A stretch of DNA of 64,000 bases from a virus. A program made the translations under genes and the position numbers. Below the pieces are notes generated by a model that was given only the letters and a program-made list of their open reading frames with translations, made no database searches and had not been told where the DNA came from. Below, piece after piece: positions 63,799 through 64,000 of this stretch. The stretch is from the IMG/VR virus record IMGVR_UViG_3300045391_004889, positions 1 through 64,000 of that record; one strand, written 5' to 3'. Numbering within the stretch: the stretch's first letter is position 1; every line of letters begins with the position of its first letter.

Positions 63799-64000
63799 TG
63801 TCGACGGCACCCACGTGGCAGGCACCCACCAGCGGGCAGCCGCCTCTCGCGAGCCACGTCAACCAGCTGCTTGGCGCGCACGCGTGTAATGTGATCTACA
63901 ACGGGACGCAGACGTCTGGGCAGCTGACGTCCGGTGGCACCACCGTGTCCACCAATGGTCTGTGGCTGGCTCAATCATTCACGACGGCAGCCGCGCAGAC
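63798..64000 (+). CDS. Minor tail protein, paralog of 61006..61764 (truncated by the window edge)
   Basis: MSTAPTWQAPTSGQPPLASHVNQLLGAH vs MGTTTPDWLGAAPGSPGLAGQVNQFLGDH. Confidence 0.7.
   Translation, partial: MSTAPTWQAPTSGQPPLASHVNQLLGAHACNVIYNGTQTSGQLTSGGTTVSTNGLWLAQSFTTAAAQ

Noticed and set aside
1-64000. Integrase, att site, replication genes, endolysin, RtcB ligase
   Set aside because: None is recognisable in this window, so lifestyle (temperate or lytic) and prophage status cannot be determined here.

Overview
This is 64 kb of a high-GC tailed actinobacteriophage (siphovirus-like; Streptomyces-type codon usage and promoters). Layout: (i) 1-10.9 kb, a minus-strand block of small early genes, including three Xre HTH proteins, HIT, macrodomain, vWA and a possible RelE-like toxin/antitoxin pair. 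(ii) 11.1-21.6 kb, a plus-strand island dense in structured RNA. (iii) 21.6-32.2 kb, accessory genes: GT2 glycosyltransferase, HAD phosphatase, MazG-like, LuxR, vWA. (iv) 32.3-64 kb, virion genes: terminase, a portal fused to ParB-like/Cys4/Nudix domains, protease-scaffold, capsid, tail, tape measure, tailspike. The RNA island is the most striking part. It holds a tandem array of six divergent Y-RNA-like genes (four with circularly permuted tRNA modules, some keeping an intact anticodon arm) upstream of a Ro60/TROVE gene. It also holds an apparently separate RNP locus: a coiled-coil protein of unknown function followed by two permuted-tRNA RNAs that lack the Ro motif and instead carry phased NNNCUN hexamers, which also occur at that gene's own translation start. 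Seven canonical tRNAs and at least seven aberrant tRNA-framed RNAs (large inserts, extra arms, nested T-arms) are interspersed. All RNA structures were folded by eye, and protein family calls come from motif recognition, not database searches.
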